Source: an uncultured Candidatus Rokubacteria bacterium
Lineage (GTDB): Bacteria; Methylomirabilota; Methylomirabilia; Rokubacteriales; DASRDR01
Assembly: GCA_963826115.1 (NCBI GenBank)
Contig: CAWGVS010000005.1
Span: 2,048,001-2,112,000 of the forward strand
Reading direction: 5' to 3'
DNA: 64,000 bases
Shown one piece after another: positions 19,770 through 29,415 of the stretch. The notes beneath the pieces were generated by a model that was not told the DNA's origin, did no database searches, and worked only from the letters and a program-made list of their open reading frames with translations. Within the stretch, counting starts at the first letter, position 1, and the number at the start of each line of letters is the position of its first letter. The position numbers and the translations under genes were made by a program.

Positions 19770-20057
19770 GCCCGTCCCCTGGCGCGCCAGGCGAACTCTG
19801 GCCGCGATCGCCCGGGGTCGGGCATCCAGAACGGCACCGGACACCCGGCCGCCCAGACGCTCCGCCAGGCCGCCGACGAGATCGTAGATCGGCACCCGTC
19901 GGCAGCCCGCCAGGCCGAGGACACGCGCCACGCGCAGAGCCTCGAACGGAGGGATCCGGAACGCGAGCACGCAGTCACCCGTGAGCGTCTCCACGACCAG
20001 CACGGCCTCCGCCTCCCGCGCCACTCCTTGCAGACCACGCACTCGCACCGGCGTCAT
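19770..20057 (-). pseudogene. Bifunctional nuclease (DUF151)-like N-terminal portion; C-terminus degenerate
   Basis: AVLVVE...RIPPFEA...PIYDLV...LGGRV pattern; the frame then runs into the convergent SirB1 gene without the expected C-terminal motif. Confidence 0.5.
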
Positions 20058-20107
20058 CGTTCGCCTCCAGTCTGCCTCAGCGTGGTTCGTGTTACCAAAT
20101 ATGTATG

Positions 20108-20123
20108 ATTAGGTGACCTTAAT
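20108..20123. promoter_or_regulatory. AT-rich imperfect palindrome ATTAGGTGACCTTAAT; candidate operator
   Basis: Core AGGT-G-ACCT in an AT-rich patch next to a minus-strand TTGACA (20133-20138). Confidence 0.45.
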
Positions 20124-20176
20124 CCATCATCATGTCAAGACCTTCTTCGAGAGGGACGGGGTGGGCGCGGGAACGA

Positions 20177-20371
20177 CTAGTGCCGGACGAACCGGCGGAG
20201 GTTCTTCAGGTAGTACCCCATCACGAGGGTGATCACCGCGGAGATGAGAGCGATCACGAGGTGGCTCACCTCGCGCGTCTCGCGATAGGCAAGCGCCTCC
20301 CACCCCGTGTAGAACACGCCGAAGCAGATCGCCGTCCCGATCAAGAGCCGGTGCGCGATGATGATGAGCAT
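20177..20371 (-). CDS. Small two-helix membrane protein
   Basis: 64 aa, two hydrophobic segments, GGAGG upstream. Confidence 0.7.
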   Translation of the reverse strand: MLIIIAHRLLIGTAICFGVFYTGWEALAYRETREVSHLVIALISAVITLVMGYYLKNLRRFVRH

Positions 20372-20388
20372 CGGTCAGCCACCCTCCG

Positions 20389-21180
20389 TCATCCGATCAC
20401 CCAGCCGCCGTCGACGCGCAGGACCTGGCCCGTCACGTAGTTCGAGGCGGGCGACGCCAGGAAGAGGACGGCCTCCGCAATGTCTTCCGCCTGCCCCATC
20501 CGCGGGATCGGAAGCTCCTGGGCCGCGTAGGCGTATCCACGGGTCATCTCCGTGTCGACACCGCCCGGGGCGACACTGTTGACGTAGATCCCGTTCTGAC
20601 CCACGTCCTTGGCGACCCAGCGCGTGAACGCGATGACACCCCCCTTGGCCGCCGCGTAGGCGGGGCCCGAGCGGCCGCCTCGAGCGTCCGGACTGTCCCC
20701 GGACCGTGACACCACACCCCCGATGATCCCTGAGATCGACGAGATCGTCACGATCTTGCCGTAGCCCTGGTCGCGCATCACGGGCACCACAGCCTGGACG
20801 GCGTGAAAGGTCCCCGTCAGTACCACCTCGACGACGCGGCGCCATACAGTCTCGGTCGTCTCCTCGAGCGGGTCCCGGTGAATGATCCCGGCCGCGGTCA
20901 CGAGGATGTCGAGGCGCCCCAGCGTGGCCATCACGCGCCCGACCACTGCACGGACCGCCTCGGCGTCGGTCACATCCAGGGTGAGGCCCATCGCCCGCCT
21001 GCCAGTCGCCGAGATGCCCGCCTCGGCCTCACCGGTGGGCAGGAGATCTGCCACGGCGACATCCGCACCGGCCCGAGCCAGAGCCACGGCGGACGCACGA
21101 CCGATCCCCCGAGCGCCTCCGGTCACGAGCGCCACCTGGCCACGAAGATCGGCCGGACCGCTCGACCGGGGAATCGGCAT
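20389..21180 (-). CDS. Short-chain dehydrogenase/reductase (FabG-like)
   Basis: TGGARGIG, YAAAK, VTGQVLRVDGG. Confidence 0.92.
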   Translation of the reverse strand: MPIPRSSGPADLRGQVALVTGGARGIGRASAVALARAGADVAVADLLPTGEAEAGISATGRRAMGLTLDVTDAEAVRAVVGRVMATLGRLDILVTAAGIIHRDPLEETTETVWRRVVEVVLTGTFHAVQAVVPVMRDQGYGKIVTISSISGIIGGVVSRSGDSPDARGGRSGPAYAAAKGGVIAFTRWVAKDVGQNGIYVNSVAPGGVDTEMTRGYAYAAQELPIPRMGQAEDIAEAVLFLASPASNYVTGQVLRVDGGWVIG

Positions 21181-21183
21181 CGG

Positions 21184-23613
21184 CTACCCCTTCCTCCGCG
21201 GCACCGCGAGGGCGCCCGGGGCGAATCCCAGGGCCGACATGAGAGGCGCCAGCGCCTCCCGATCGCCCGGGGATCCGTCGCGCCACAGACGGGCGACGAC
21301 GTTCTGGGCCTCCCAGAGATCCGGGGGGGCCTCGAGCCCAGCCCCGAGCGCCAGGAGCGCGAGCCCATCGGTGACGGCCGTGGCCGTGGCAGCAGCCCGG
21401 AGCGCCTCGAGCACGCGCCCGAGGGCCGACTGGATCGACGGCACGACCTGCTCGGCGGTCAGCTCCAAGGAGATTCCCAGCGACCGCGTCTCGGCGACGA
21501 GCTCGCGAAGTCTTTGCGCGGCTTGGGTCACGGGACCGCCGGCGGCGAGCACGGCGAGCTCCTCCCTCGCCGCCCGAGCCAGAAGGCGACGGGCCACGTC
21601 CGCGAGAGACGGCGGGATGGGGCCCTCCACCAGGCGAAGCTCGGCCAGGAGCCGGCGGCTGCCGGCGTCGATCCACTCCCCCGCACCCTCCGGGGCCGCC
21701 AGGGCACGCTCGGAGAGACGGGCCAGAAGACGGCGGCGCTCGTCGGGAAAAACGTCATCGGCGCCGTATGACCGGCCGCCGAAGTGCCGGTCGAGCGCGG
21801 CAGGCAGGTCCCCCTGCCCTCGGCCCGAGAACTCCCGCAAGAGCGCGTCCCGAGCGAGCGCGAGCGCCTCCCCCTCCGATCCCGTTCGCACACGGCAGTG
21901 GACGTGGCCGTCATGGGCGTGCAGCACGGCCAAGTCCGCCTCCTCGCACTCGGTCGTGAGGCGCGCGGTCACGCGCACCCGGCCGACCGCGAGCGAAGCC
22001 TCGCCCGCGGCCACGCGGGACCACCGGAGCCGCTCGACCCGAAACGCGTGGACGTCGGCCGGGTCTCCGTAGCCCTCTGACGGTCCCGCGATCGCGTAGT
22101 GGGCGGCCACGCGCGCGAGATCGGTCACGGCGGGTAACACGTGGCGCCGCCACACGACGGCGCCGTCCTGCAGCTCGGGAACGTTCGATGGAGCGACCGC
22201 CAGACGCCGGACCAGCTCCGCCTCGAGCCCGGCGTCGCCGCCGAGCGCATTCGCCAGCTGCAGCACGCGCGCCGCGTACCGGAGCACCTGGACCGTCTCG
22301 ATTCCCGAGATCTCGTCGAAGAACCAGCCGCACGACGCGTACATGAGCAGGCGGTGGCGCTGGAGCTCGAGACACCGGAGCGCCTGGACGCGGCCCGCCG
22401 CGTCCAGCGGGCGGAGCGCGTGGCGCTCGAGGAAGGCCTCCACGGACGCGGGGCTCCGGTCGAGGACCACCTCTACGTATGCGTCACGCGCGGCCCAGGG
22501 ATCCTTGAGCAGCGCGCCCGCTCGCGCCTCGTAGAGCGCGTCCACGGAGTCGCGCAGCCAGTCGAGCGCCTCGCGGAGGGGCGCCCGCCAGCGCTGCGTC
22601 CAGCCGTGATGGCGGCCGGCCCGGCATCCGCAATCGCCCCGCCACCGCTCGACGCCGTGCGCACAGCTCCACGAGGACCCCTCGACCACCCGCGCCTCCA
22701 GCGTGGGGGGATGAGCCGCGAGGAAGGCAGCGTGGTTGGTCAGGCTCGCGGCGCCGCTCGCCTCGATCCGGGCGGACGCCGCTGCCAGCGCCATCTCGCC
22801 GAAGCGATGGTGGTGGCCGTAGCTCTCGCCGTCGGTGGCGACCTGAACGAGCTGAGGGTGCGCGCCCTCGTCGAAACCGGCCAGGAGGCGCGTCGCCATC
22901 GCCTCACCTGATCGGAGAAGTCCGTCGAAGGCGACCGCGTGGGAGATCGCCCCGTCGTAGAAGAAGAGCGCGAGTGCCCGGCCCTGCCCTCCTTCCCAGC
23001 GGTACGCCCGTCGCGGATCGAGCGCCAGGGCTCCGGGCCGCCACTCCCCATCTGGCTCCCGCACGCCGGCGGCCTGCCCCGGCGCGAGGAGCGTGAAGCG
23101 CACCCCCTCCTCGGCCAGCACGTCGAGGGTCTCGCGATCCGCGGCGGTCTCGGGAAGCCACATCCCGGCCGCCTCGCGACCGAAGCGGTGCCGGAAGTCG
23201 GCGAGACCCCATCGCACCTGAGTGACCTTGTCGCGCCGGCTGCAGAGCGGAAGGATGGCGTGCCCATATGCCTGAGCGATCGCGTTCCCGTGTCCGCGGT
23301 CCCCCCGGCTCACCCGGTCCGCTTCCAGGATCGCGCGGTAGACGTCGGGACGCTCCCGCTCGAGCCAGGCCATGAGCGTGGGGCCGACGTCGAAGGCGAG
23401 CGCGGCGAAGTTGTCGACGACGTCCAGGATCCGGTTCTGCGCGTCCACGCGGCGCGCGGCCGTGTTGGGCGCGTAGCACTCCGCGGCGACGCGCGCGTTC
23501 CAGTCGTGATACGGGGCGGCGGAGTCCTGGGTCTCGACGCGCTCGAGCCAGGGGCTCTCGCGGGGAGGCTGGTAGAAGTGACCGTGGATCGCGACGAACC
23601 GCGGGCGACTCAT
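21184..23613 (-). CDS. Glycoside hydrolase family 57 / DUF3536 protein
   Basis: HGHFYQPPRE, GMWLPETA, ATDGESYGHHH, SWSCAHGVERW, SCGWFFDE. Confidence 0.92.
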   Translation of the reverse strand: MSRPRFVAIHGHFYQPPRESPWLERVETQDSAAPYHDWNARVAAECYAPNTAARRVDAQNRILDVVDNFAALAFDVGPTLMAWLERERPDVYRAILEADRVSRGDRGHGNAIAQAYGHAILPLCSRRDKVTQVRWGLADFRHRFGREAAGMWLPETAADRETLDVLAEEGVRFTLLAPGQAAGVREPDGEWRPGALALDPRRAYRWEGGQGRALALFFYDGAISHAVAFDGLLRSGEAMATRLLAGFDEGAHPQLVQVATDGESYGHHHRFGEMALAAASARIEASGAASLTNHAAFLAAHPPTLEARVVEGSSWSCAHGVERWRGDCGCRAGRHHGWTQRWRAPLREALDWLRDSVDALYEARAGALLKDPWAARDAYVEVVLDRSPASVEAFLERHALRPLDAAGRVQALRCLELQRHRLLMYASCGWFFDEISGIETVQVLRYAARVLQLANALGGDAGLEAELVRRLAVAPSNVPELQDGAVVWRRHVLPAVTDLARVAAHYAIAGPSEGYGDPADVHAFRVERLRWSRVAAGEASLAVGRVRVTARLTTECEEADLAVLHAHDGHVHCRVRTGSEGEALALARDALLREFSGRGQGDLPAALDRHFGGRSYGADDVFPDERRRLLARLSERALAAPEGAGEWIDAGSRRLLAELRLVEGPIPPSLADVARRLLARAAREELAVLAAGGPVTQAAQRLRELVAETRSLGISLELTAEQVVPSIQSALGRVLEALRAAATATAVTDGLALLALGAGLEAPPDLWEAQNVVARLWRDGSPGDREALAPLMSALGFAPGALAVPRRKG

Positions 23614-23752
23614 GGAGGCAGGAGACGCTCGGCCGCCCGGGCGCGTCGCGCGCGCCTCGGGACGGCGAGGTGACTCGCGTACGACCATGCCCAGCCGCTG
23701 GCCAGGACCCGTGCAGATCCGGTCAGGGCGATCGAAGACGAGGTCGCGGAAG

Positions 23753-24088
23753 CTACCAGCGTGGGGGCCGGCCCGAGCCTCCGCGGCCACCGCCGCCCAT
23801 GCCCGACCCGCCGCGGCCACCGCCACCGCCACCGCCCGCCCCCTGCGGGTTGGCGAGCTCGACCTTGATCGTGCGACCGTCGAGTCGCTGGCCGTTGAGC
23901 ATGCTGACGGCCTTCTGGGCTTCCTCGTTGGTCGCCATCTCGACGAAGCCGAACCCTCGCGACTGCCCAGAGTATCGGTCGGTGATGACCGTCGCCGACT
24001 CCACCGTCCCGCACTGGACGAAATGCTCGCGCAGGGCCTCGGAGGTAGTCGAGTACGAGAGACCGCCCACATACAGCTTGACCGCCAT
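23753..24088 (-). CDS. RRM RNA-binding protein with Gly-rich tail
   Basis: KLYVGGL, SRGFGFVEM; AAGGAGG RBS. Confidence 0.95.
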   Translation of the reverse strand: MAVKLYVGGLSYSTTSEALREHFVQCGTVESATVITDRYSGQSRGFGFVEMATNEEAQKAVSMLNGQRLDGRTIKVELANPQGAGGGGGGGRGGSGMGGGGRGGSGRPPRW

Positions 24089-24130
24089 GGGACCTCCTTT
24101 GGTGACGGGTCGGAGCGTTCTTAGCCCCGA

Positions 24131-24139
24131 AGCATAGCA
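24131..24139 (-). promoter_or_regulatory. Extended -10 promoter (TGcTATGCT) of the RRM gene
   Basis: TGn plus TATGCT about 43 nt upstream of the ATG. Confidence 0.5.
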
Positions 24140-24467
24140 CGGTCACCGGGTCCCGGGTCGAGGGCTCCGGCCACCGGTCATCCCACTCCCGAAACCTCGT
24201 GTGGCCGGTCTCGGTTCCCGTCGCCAGGGCGCTCAGGCGAGTGGTCACGGCGGGGTCGACCGCCCGGCTTCCTCGCGGAGCTTCCATCCGCGACGCTGAG
24301 CGTGGGCGGGGGGCCGCCCGGCGCGAGGCTTGTCCGGCGGGCGTGGAATTCATCCGGGCGGGTCTAGGAAGCCGGACGAGGTCCACGGCCGAGGCGAGCC
24401 GGTCCGGGTCGTCGCTCGGGCCGCCGCCGCCGAGCCCCCGCGCGCCTGCGCAGGAGCAAGACGGCAC

Positions 24468-25841
24468 CTAGCCGAACGGGAGGAGCAGCTTCGTCAGGGT
24501 CGCGCGAACCTCGTCGGGCGTCGTGACCCCGACGGCCCGCACGATCCCCTTCTTGTCGACCACGACGTTGTGCGGCACGCCGCGGAGGCCGAGCCGGGCG
24601 ATGTACTCCCCGGTCGCATCGATGAGCACGGTGCCCTGGATGTTGTGGATCTTGCAAAAATGGAGGGCCTCACGCCGTGGATCAACGTGCTCCCACACGT
24701 TGACCATGACGATTTCGAGCCCGAACTTCGCGGCCCGACGACGCACTTCCTCGAGTAGCGGAGCCTCCGCGTTGCAGGGTCCTCACCAGCTGGCGAAGAA
24801 GTTCAGGATGTACTTCTTGCCTCGATACTCCTCCGACGTGCGCGGTTTCCCGTCCGCCATGTCCGGCAAGCTGAACGACGGGAGGGGCTTTCCGATCAGA
24901 GGATGCTGCCAGTCCTTCGGGAGCTCGGCCGGCTCACCGTCCAGCCGATCCTGGAAGATGCTCACCGTGCTGGTGGCCGCGTCCGAGACGTACACGGTTC
25001 CCGACTGCTGGTCGACAGCGAGGTCCCCGGGAGCCTTGCCGACCGGAACCCGCGCCCACTCCCGGCCCGTCTGACGGTCGATCACGCTCACCCGCCCCGT
25101 CCCCCGGTTGGCCGCGTAGATGCGATCACCCGCGCGCCCCAGACCCATGCCTACGGGGGCGCGCTCCACGGTGAGGGTGTCCACGACCTCCTGCTTGTCC
25201 AGGTCCACCACCGCCACCGTGCTGACCAGCGAGTTCGCGACGTAGGCGCGCCCCCGCGGCGCGTCGATGGCGATCTTGCAGGGCGCGTAGTCGAGCTTGA
25301 TCTCCCCGATGGGCTCGTTCGACTGACCGTCGATGACGGTCATCGACGCGTCCCCGAAGTTGACGCAGTAGACGCGGTCCCGCACCGGGTCGGAGCCGAG
25401 GCTGCCCGCCGCGGTCTTGGCCGGCACGGTCGCGATGACCTCCAGCCGGTCGGCGTCGATGACGCTCACGGTGTTGTCCGCCGTGTTCCCGACATAGACC
25501 TTGCGACGCTCCGGATAGAAGCCCGCTCCGGCGGGGTAGTGCTGGACGGGGATCTGCGTGATGGTCTTGAGGGTCGCCGTGTCGATGACGGACACGACGT
25601 CCGAGCGCGCGTCGGTCGTGAACACGTGGCCACCCTGCTTGTCGTGCACGAGCCCGATCGGCTCGCGGCCCACCGGCACCTGGGCCACGACCTCGCGCGA
25701 ATCGAGGTCGAACACGGCGACGCTGTCGCTCCGCGCGCACGCCACGTACCCTCGCCGACCCTCGCCATCGACGGCGATGCCCTCGGGCCCGTAGCCAACT
25801 GGAATCGCGCCTGGCGCGGGGAAGCTCTCCGACGTGCCCAT
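24468..25841 (-). CDS. Predicted selenoprotein: YVTN/YncE beta-propeller fused to TlpA/AhpC-TSA thioredoxin domain with UxxC (Sec TGA at 24783-24785)
   Basis: ORFs 24783-25841 and 24468-24746 are in frame; readthrough gives ILNFFASW-U-GPCNAEAPLLEE, later LRGVPHNVVVD (cis-Pro motif). Confidence 0.85.
24758..24770 (-). promoter_or_regulatory. Candidate bacterial SECIS hairpin
   Basis: GCGGA-GGC-TCCGC beginning 12 nt 3' of the UGA, with G in the loop. Confidence 0.55.
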
Positions 25842-25982
25842 GTGCTCTCCTCGAGACCAAACTCGCTCGTGCTAGGTGAGGGCCGGCGTTCCCGGCTCTG
25901 AGCCCGGCACACTATGCCCGATCACCCTTGGCGTCGCAAGTGATTCATGCCTCGTCGAGGGCTCGGCGCAAGGGGGCCGCCG

Positions 25983-27027
25983 TCACCCCTGCCCCTGCCC
26001 GCCCGCAGGATCCGCGAGCGAAAGCCGACGTCGACGGGCCAGCCCCCGGAGGCGCGCCGTCGCCTCGACCAGTCCGCCGGGAAGGAGGAGCACGATCCCG
26101 ATGAACAGCACCCCGAAGATGAGCAGGTGCAAGTCGACCCAGCGCAGCGCCAGATACTCCCGCAGGAAGACGAAGAGGGCCGCGCCGAGGACCGGCCCGT
26201 GCACCGTGCCCACGCCCCCGATGAAGGTGATCAGCACGGCATCGAAGGTCCACGTCGGGCTGAACGCGTGCTGCGGGTAATAGCTGATGTGATAGAAGGC
26301 GAACAGCCCTCCGGCGAGCCCGGCGAGACCCGTGGACACGGCCACGGCGGCGAGCTTGACGCGGAAGGCCCCCACACCGGACGCCTCGGCGGCCGTCTCG
26401 TCCTCCCGGATGGCCTCCATGGCGAGCCCGAGCCGCGAGGCGGCCAGCCACGTCACGGCCAGCGTTGTCCCGACCGCGAGCGCGGCCGCGGCGTAGTAGC
26501 GGTCCGTGAGCCGATAGGCCGCGATGGCCTTCGCCGGACAGCGTGGAGATCTCGGGGAGCAGGTTGCCGACCGCGATCCGGAGCACCTCGGCGAGCGCCA
26601 GGGTCCCGATCGCGAAGTAAGCGCCGCGCAGCCGGAACGCGGCGAGCCCGACGGCCACGCCCGCCACGGTCGCGAGCGCGGCCCCCGCCGCCATCGCGAC
26701 GGGAACCGCCACGCCACCCGCCCACAGATGGCGCGTCGCCAGAGCGCCGAGCCCGAAGAAGGCTGCGTGGCCGAGGTTCACCTGGCCCGCCTGCCCGCCC
26801 ATCACGTTCCAGCTCTGAGCCAAGGCCACCAGCAGAAAGAACACGACCCCCAGGTTGAGCCAGTCCTCCCGGGTGACGGCGAGAGGCGCGAGCCCGAGGA
26901 GAGCCAGGGCCACCGCCGTCCCCGCGGCGCGGCCGACCCCGACGCGACGCGCGCCCGCGCTCCACCGGGCCATTCGGGCCCGGCGTGAGAAATCGATCGG
27001 ACCGCCGGCGGCCTTGGCGGGGGTCAC
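25983..27027 (-). CDS. livM: Branched-chain amino acid ABC permease LivM (frameshift near 26540)
   Basis: SWNVMGGQAGQVNLGHAAFFG, RLRGAYFAIGT; second frame AIREDETAAEASGV, GGVGT. Confidence 0.8.
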
Positions 27028-27897
27028 GCGCGCCCGAACAGGCCCTGTGGACGCGCCACCAGGACGCAGAAGAAGAGGAGCAGGCCCACCACCTCGCGGT
27101 ACGCGCCTCCGAACACCACCGCGCTCAACGCCTCGGCACACCCGAGCACGATCCCGCCCACGAAGGTGCCGAATGCGGACCCGAGTCCGGCCAGCACGAT
27201 CACGATCAGCGCCTTGAGGGTCCACTCGAGCCCGATGGACGGGCTGATCGAATAACCCAGGCTCACGAGCGTCCCGGCCGCCCCGGCGAGGGCGGTGCCG
27301 ATGGCAAACGCGAGCCCGTAGGCGCGGCGCACATCGATCCCGACCAGGCTCGCCGCTTCCCAGTCCTCGGCCGTCGCGCGGATCGCCTGGCCCCACCGAG
27401 CCCGGCGAAGGAAGGCGTGCAGGAGAGTGAGTCAGCCCGAGGGCGACGAGGAGACTCAGGAGGCGTCCCAGCGGAACCACGACGCCCCCGACCGCGAGGG
27501 TGCGGCCTCGGTAGGCCGTCGTGATCGAGCGCTCGTCCGCGGTGAACAGCCGGACGGCCAGCGCCTGGAGGGTGAGGGCGAGCCCGAAGCCGACGAGGAG
27601 CGAGTTCTTGATCCGCGTCTCCTCGCCGTGGCGCACGATGAAGCGGAACACGCCGCCGTAGAGGAGAGCGCCCAGCGCCCCCGCCATCGGGATGACGAGC
27701 AGCAGCGCCACGAATGGATCGAGCCCGAGGAGCGCGACCAGCCAGAAGGCGCCGTACCCGCCCAGCATGATCAGCTCGCCGTGGGCCACGTTGAGGACCC
27801 GCAGGACGCCGAACACGAGCGAGAGCCCTGCGGCCGCCAGGCCGTAGAGCCCTCCGAGCAGGATGCCCAGGATCAGTTGCTGCGCGAGCGCCGTCAC
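27024..27897 (-). CDS. livH: Branched-chain amino acid ABC permease LivH (frameshift near 27425)
   Basis: GLSLVFGVLRVLNVAHGE; second frame KALIVIVLAGLGS, RPQGLFG. Confidence 0.8.
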
Positions 27898-27910
27898 GCC
27901 CGCCTCGCCG

Positions 27911-28630
27911 TCATGACTCGACCGCCAGCGGCCCGAGGTAGGCTCGCCGGACCTCGGGATCGGCCAGGACCTCCGCGCCCCGGCCCTGCCCCACCACCCG
28001 GCCGTGCTCGAGCAGATATGCGCGGTGCGCGAGGTCGAGCGCAGCCCGGACGTTCTGCTCGACGAGAAAGACCGCCACCCCTGCCCGGTTGATCTCCGCG
28101 AGCACGGCGAGCAGCGATTCCACCACACGGGGCGCGAGCCCCAGCGAGGGCTCGTCCAGCATCAGGAGACTCGGCTGAGTCATGAGTGCCCGCCCGATGG
28201 CGGCCATCTGCTGCTCGCCGCCCGACAGAGCGCCCGCCGGCTGCCGGCGTCGCTCGGCCAGACGCGGGAAGATCGCGTAGACGCGGTCGAGGGTCGCCCG
28301 GCGCCCGGCACGCGCCCGGGAACTGAAGGCTCCGAGCGAGAGGTTCTCCTCGACCGTCATGTGGCCGAAGAGCCGGCGGCCCTCGGGTACCATCGCCACG
28401 CCGCGCTCCACCACCCGGTGCGGCGGGAGCCCGCCGAGATCCTGGCCCTGCCAGAGGACGCGTCCCGCGCGCGGCCGCGTCAGGCCCGCGATGCAGCGAA
28501 GGAGTGTGGTCTTCCCCGCTCCGTTGGATCCGACCAGCGCCACGATCTCGTCGGAGCCGATCTGGACGCCGACTCCGACGAGGGCACGAAGCTCCCCGTA
28601 GGCCGCGTGGAGATCCCGCACCTCAAGCAT
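27911..28630 (-). CDS. livF: Branched-chain amino acid ABC ATPase LivF
   Basis: GSNGAGKTT, LSGGEQQM, LDEPSLGLAP. Confidence 0.93.
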   Translation of the reverse strand: MLEVRDLHAAYGELRALVGVGVQIGSDEIVALVGSNGAGKTTLLRCIAGLTRPRAGRVLWQGQDLGGLPPHRVVERGVAMVPEGRRLFGHMTVEENLSLGAFSSRARAGRRATLDRVYAIFPRLAERRRQPAGALSGGEQQMAAIGRALMTQPSLLMLDEPSLGLAPRVVESLLAVLAEINRAGVAVFLVEQNVRAALDLAHRAYLLEHGRVVGQGRGAEVLADPEVRRAYLGPLAVES

Positions 28631-29390
28631 CCGTCCTGCTCCCGGTTCTCTTCCCGCTTCCCCCGCGACCTAGATAGGCGTCGACGACAGCCGGATCGAC
28701 CGCGACCGTGGCCGGCGCCCCGTCGGCGATCTTCTCGCCGGCGCTCAGGACCACGATCCGGTCGGAGAGGTCGAGCAGGGCCCACACGATGTGCTCCACG
28801 ATCAGGAGGGTCGTCCCCTCACCGCGGACACGCCGGATGACGTCCATGGCGTCGCCGGTCTCGGCAGGGGTCAAGCCGGCCATGAACTCGTCGAGCAGGA
28901 GAAGGTCTGCCCCGGTGGCAAGCGCGCGGGCCAGCTCGAGCCGCCGCCGCTCGATGAGGCTCAGACGGGTGGCCATGAGGTGTGCCTTCCCGCCGAGTCC
29001 AACCAGGGCCAGGAGGTTCGCGGCCGCGCGCTCCGGGTCCCGCCTCTTGCCCCGCAGGCGGCCGTGCAGAAGACCGACGAGGACGTTGTCGATCGCCGTG
29101 AGGCCGAGGAACGGCCGCACGTGCTGGAAGGTCCGCGCGACACCGTCAGCGCAGCGCTGATGCGGCGGCAGCCGCGTGACGTCCCGGCCGCGCAGGCGGA
29201 TGCGGCCGCCGTCGGGACGGAACATCCCTGCGATCAGATTGAAGAGCGTCGTCTTGCCGGAGCCGTTCGGCCCCATGATGCCGACGACGCTGCCGGCCGA
29301 GACGTCGAGGGTCACGCCCCGAACCGCCTGCACGCCCGCGAAGGCCTTCGAGACGCCTTCGAGGGCGAGCAGGGGCTCGGCGCGCGTCAC
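28623..29390 (-). CDS. livG: Branched-chain amino acid ABC ATPase LivG
   Basis: GPNGSGKTT, ARTFQ, LLDE, VVDAYLG. Confidence 0.92.
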   Translation of the reverse strand: MTRAEPLLALEGVSKAFAGVQAVRGVTLDVSAGSVVGIMGPNGSGKTTLFNLIAGMFRPDGGRIRLRGRDVTRLPPHQRCADGVARTFQHVRPFLGLTAIDNVLVGLLHGRLRGKRRDPERAAANLLALVGLGGKAHLMATRLSLIERRRLELARALATGADLLLLDEFMAGLTPAETGDAMDVIRRVRGEGTTLLIVEHIVWALLDLSDRIVVLSAGEKIADGAPATVAVDPAVVDAYLGRGGSGKRTGSRTDA

Positions 29391-29415
29391 GCGAGGTTCA
29401 GGCGCCGGCCACGGC

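Noticed and set aside
19725-19775. Plus-strand peptide VEIPC resembling the missing DUF151 motif (possible micro-inversion)
   Set aside because: Match too short and no flanking inverted repeats seen; likely chance
21184-24072. Extended 962-aa start for the GH57 protein
   Set aside because: The extension overlaps the RRM gene; family similarity starts at MSRPRF (23613)
25945-28128. Apparent LivH-LivM fusion ORF
   Set aside because: Artefact of two frameshifts joining the N-terminal halves of each permease
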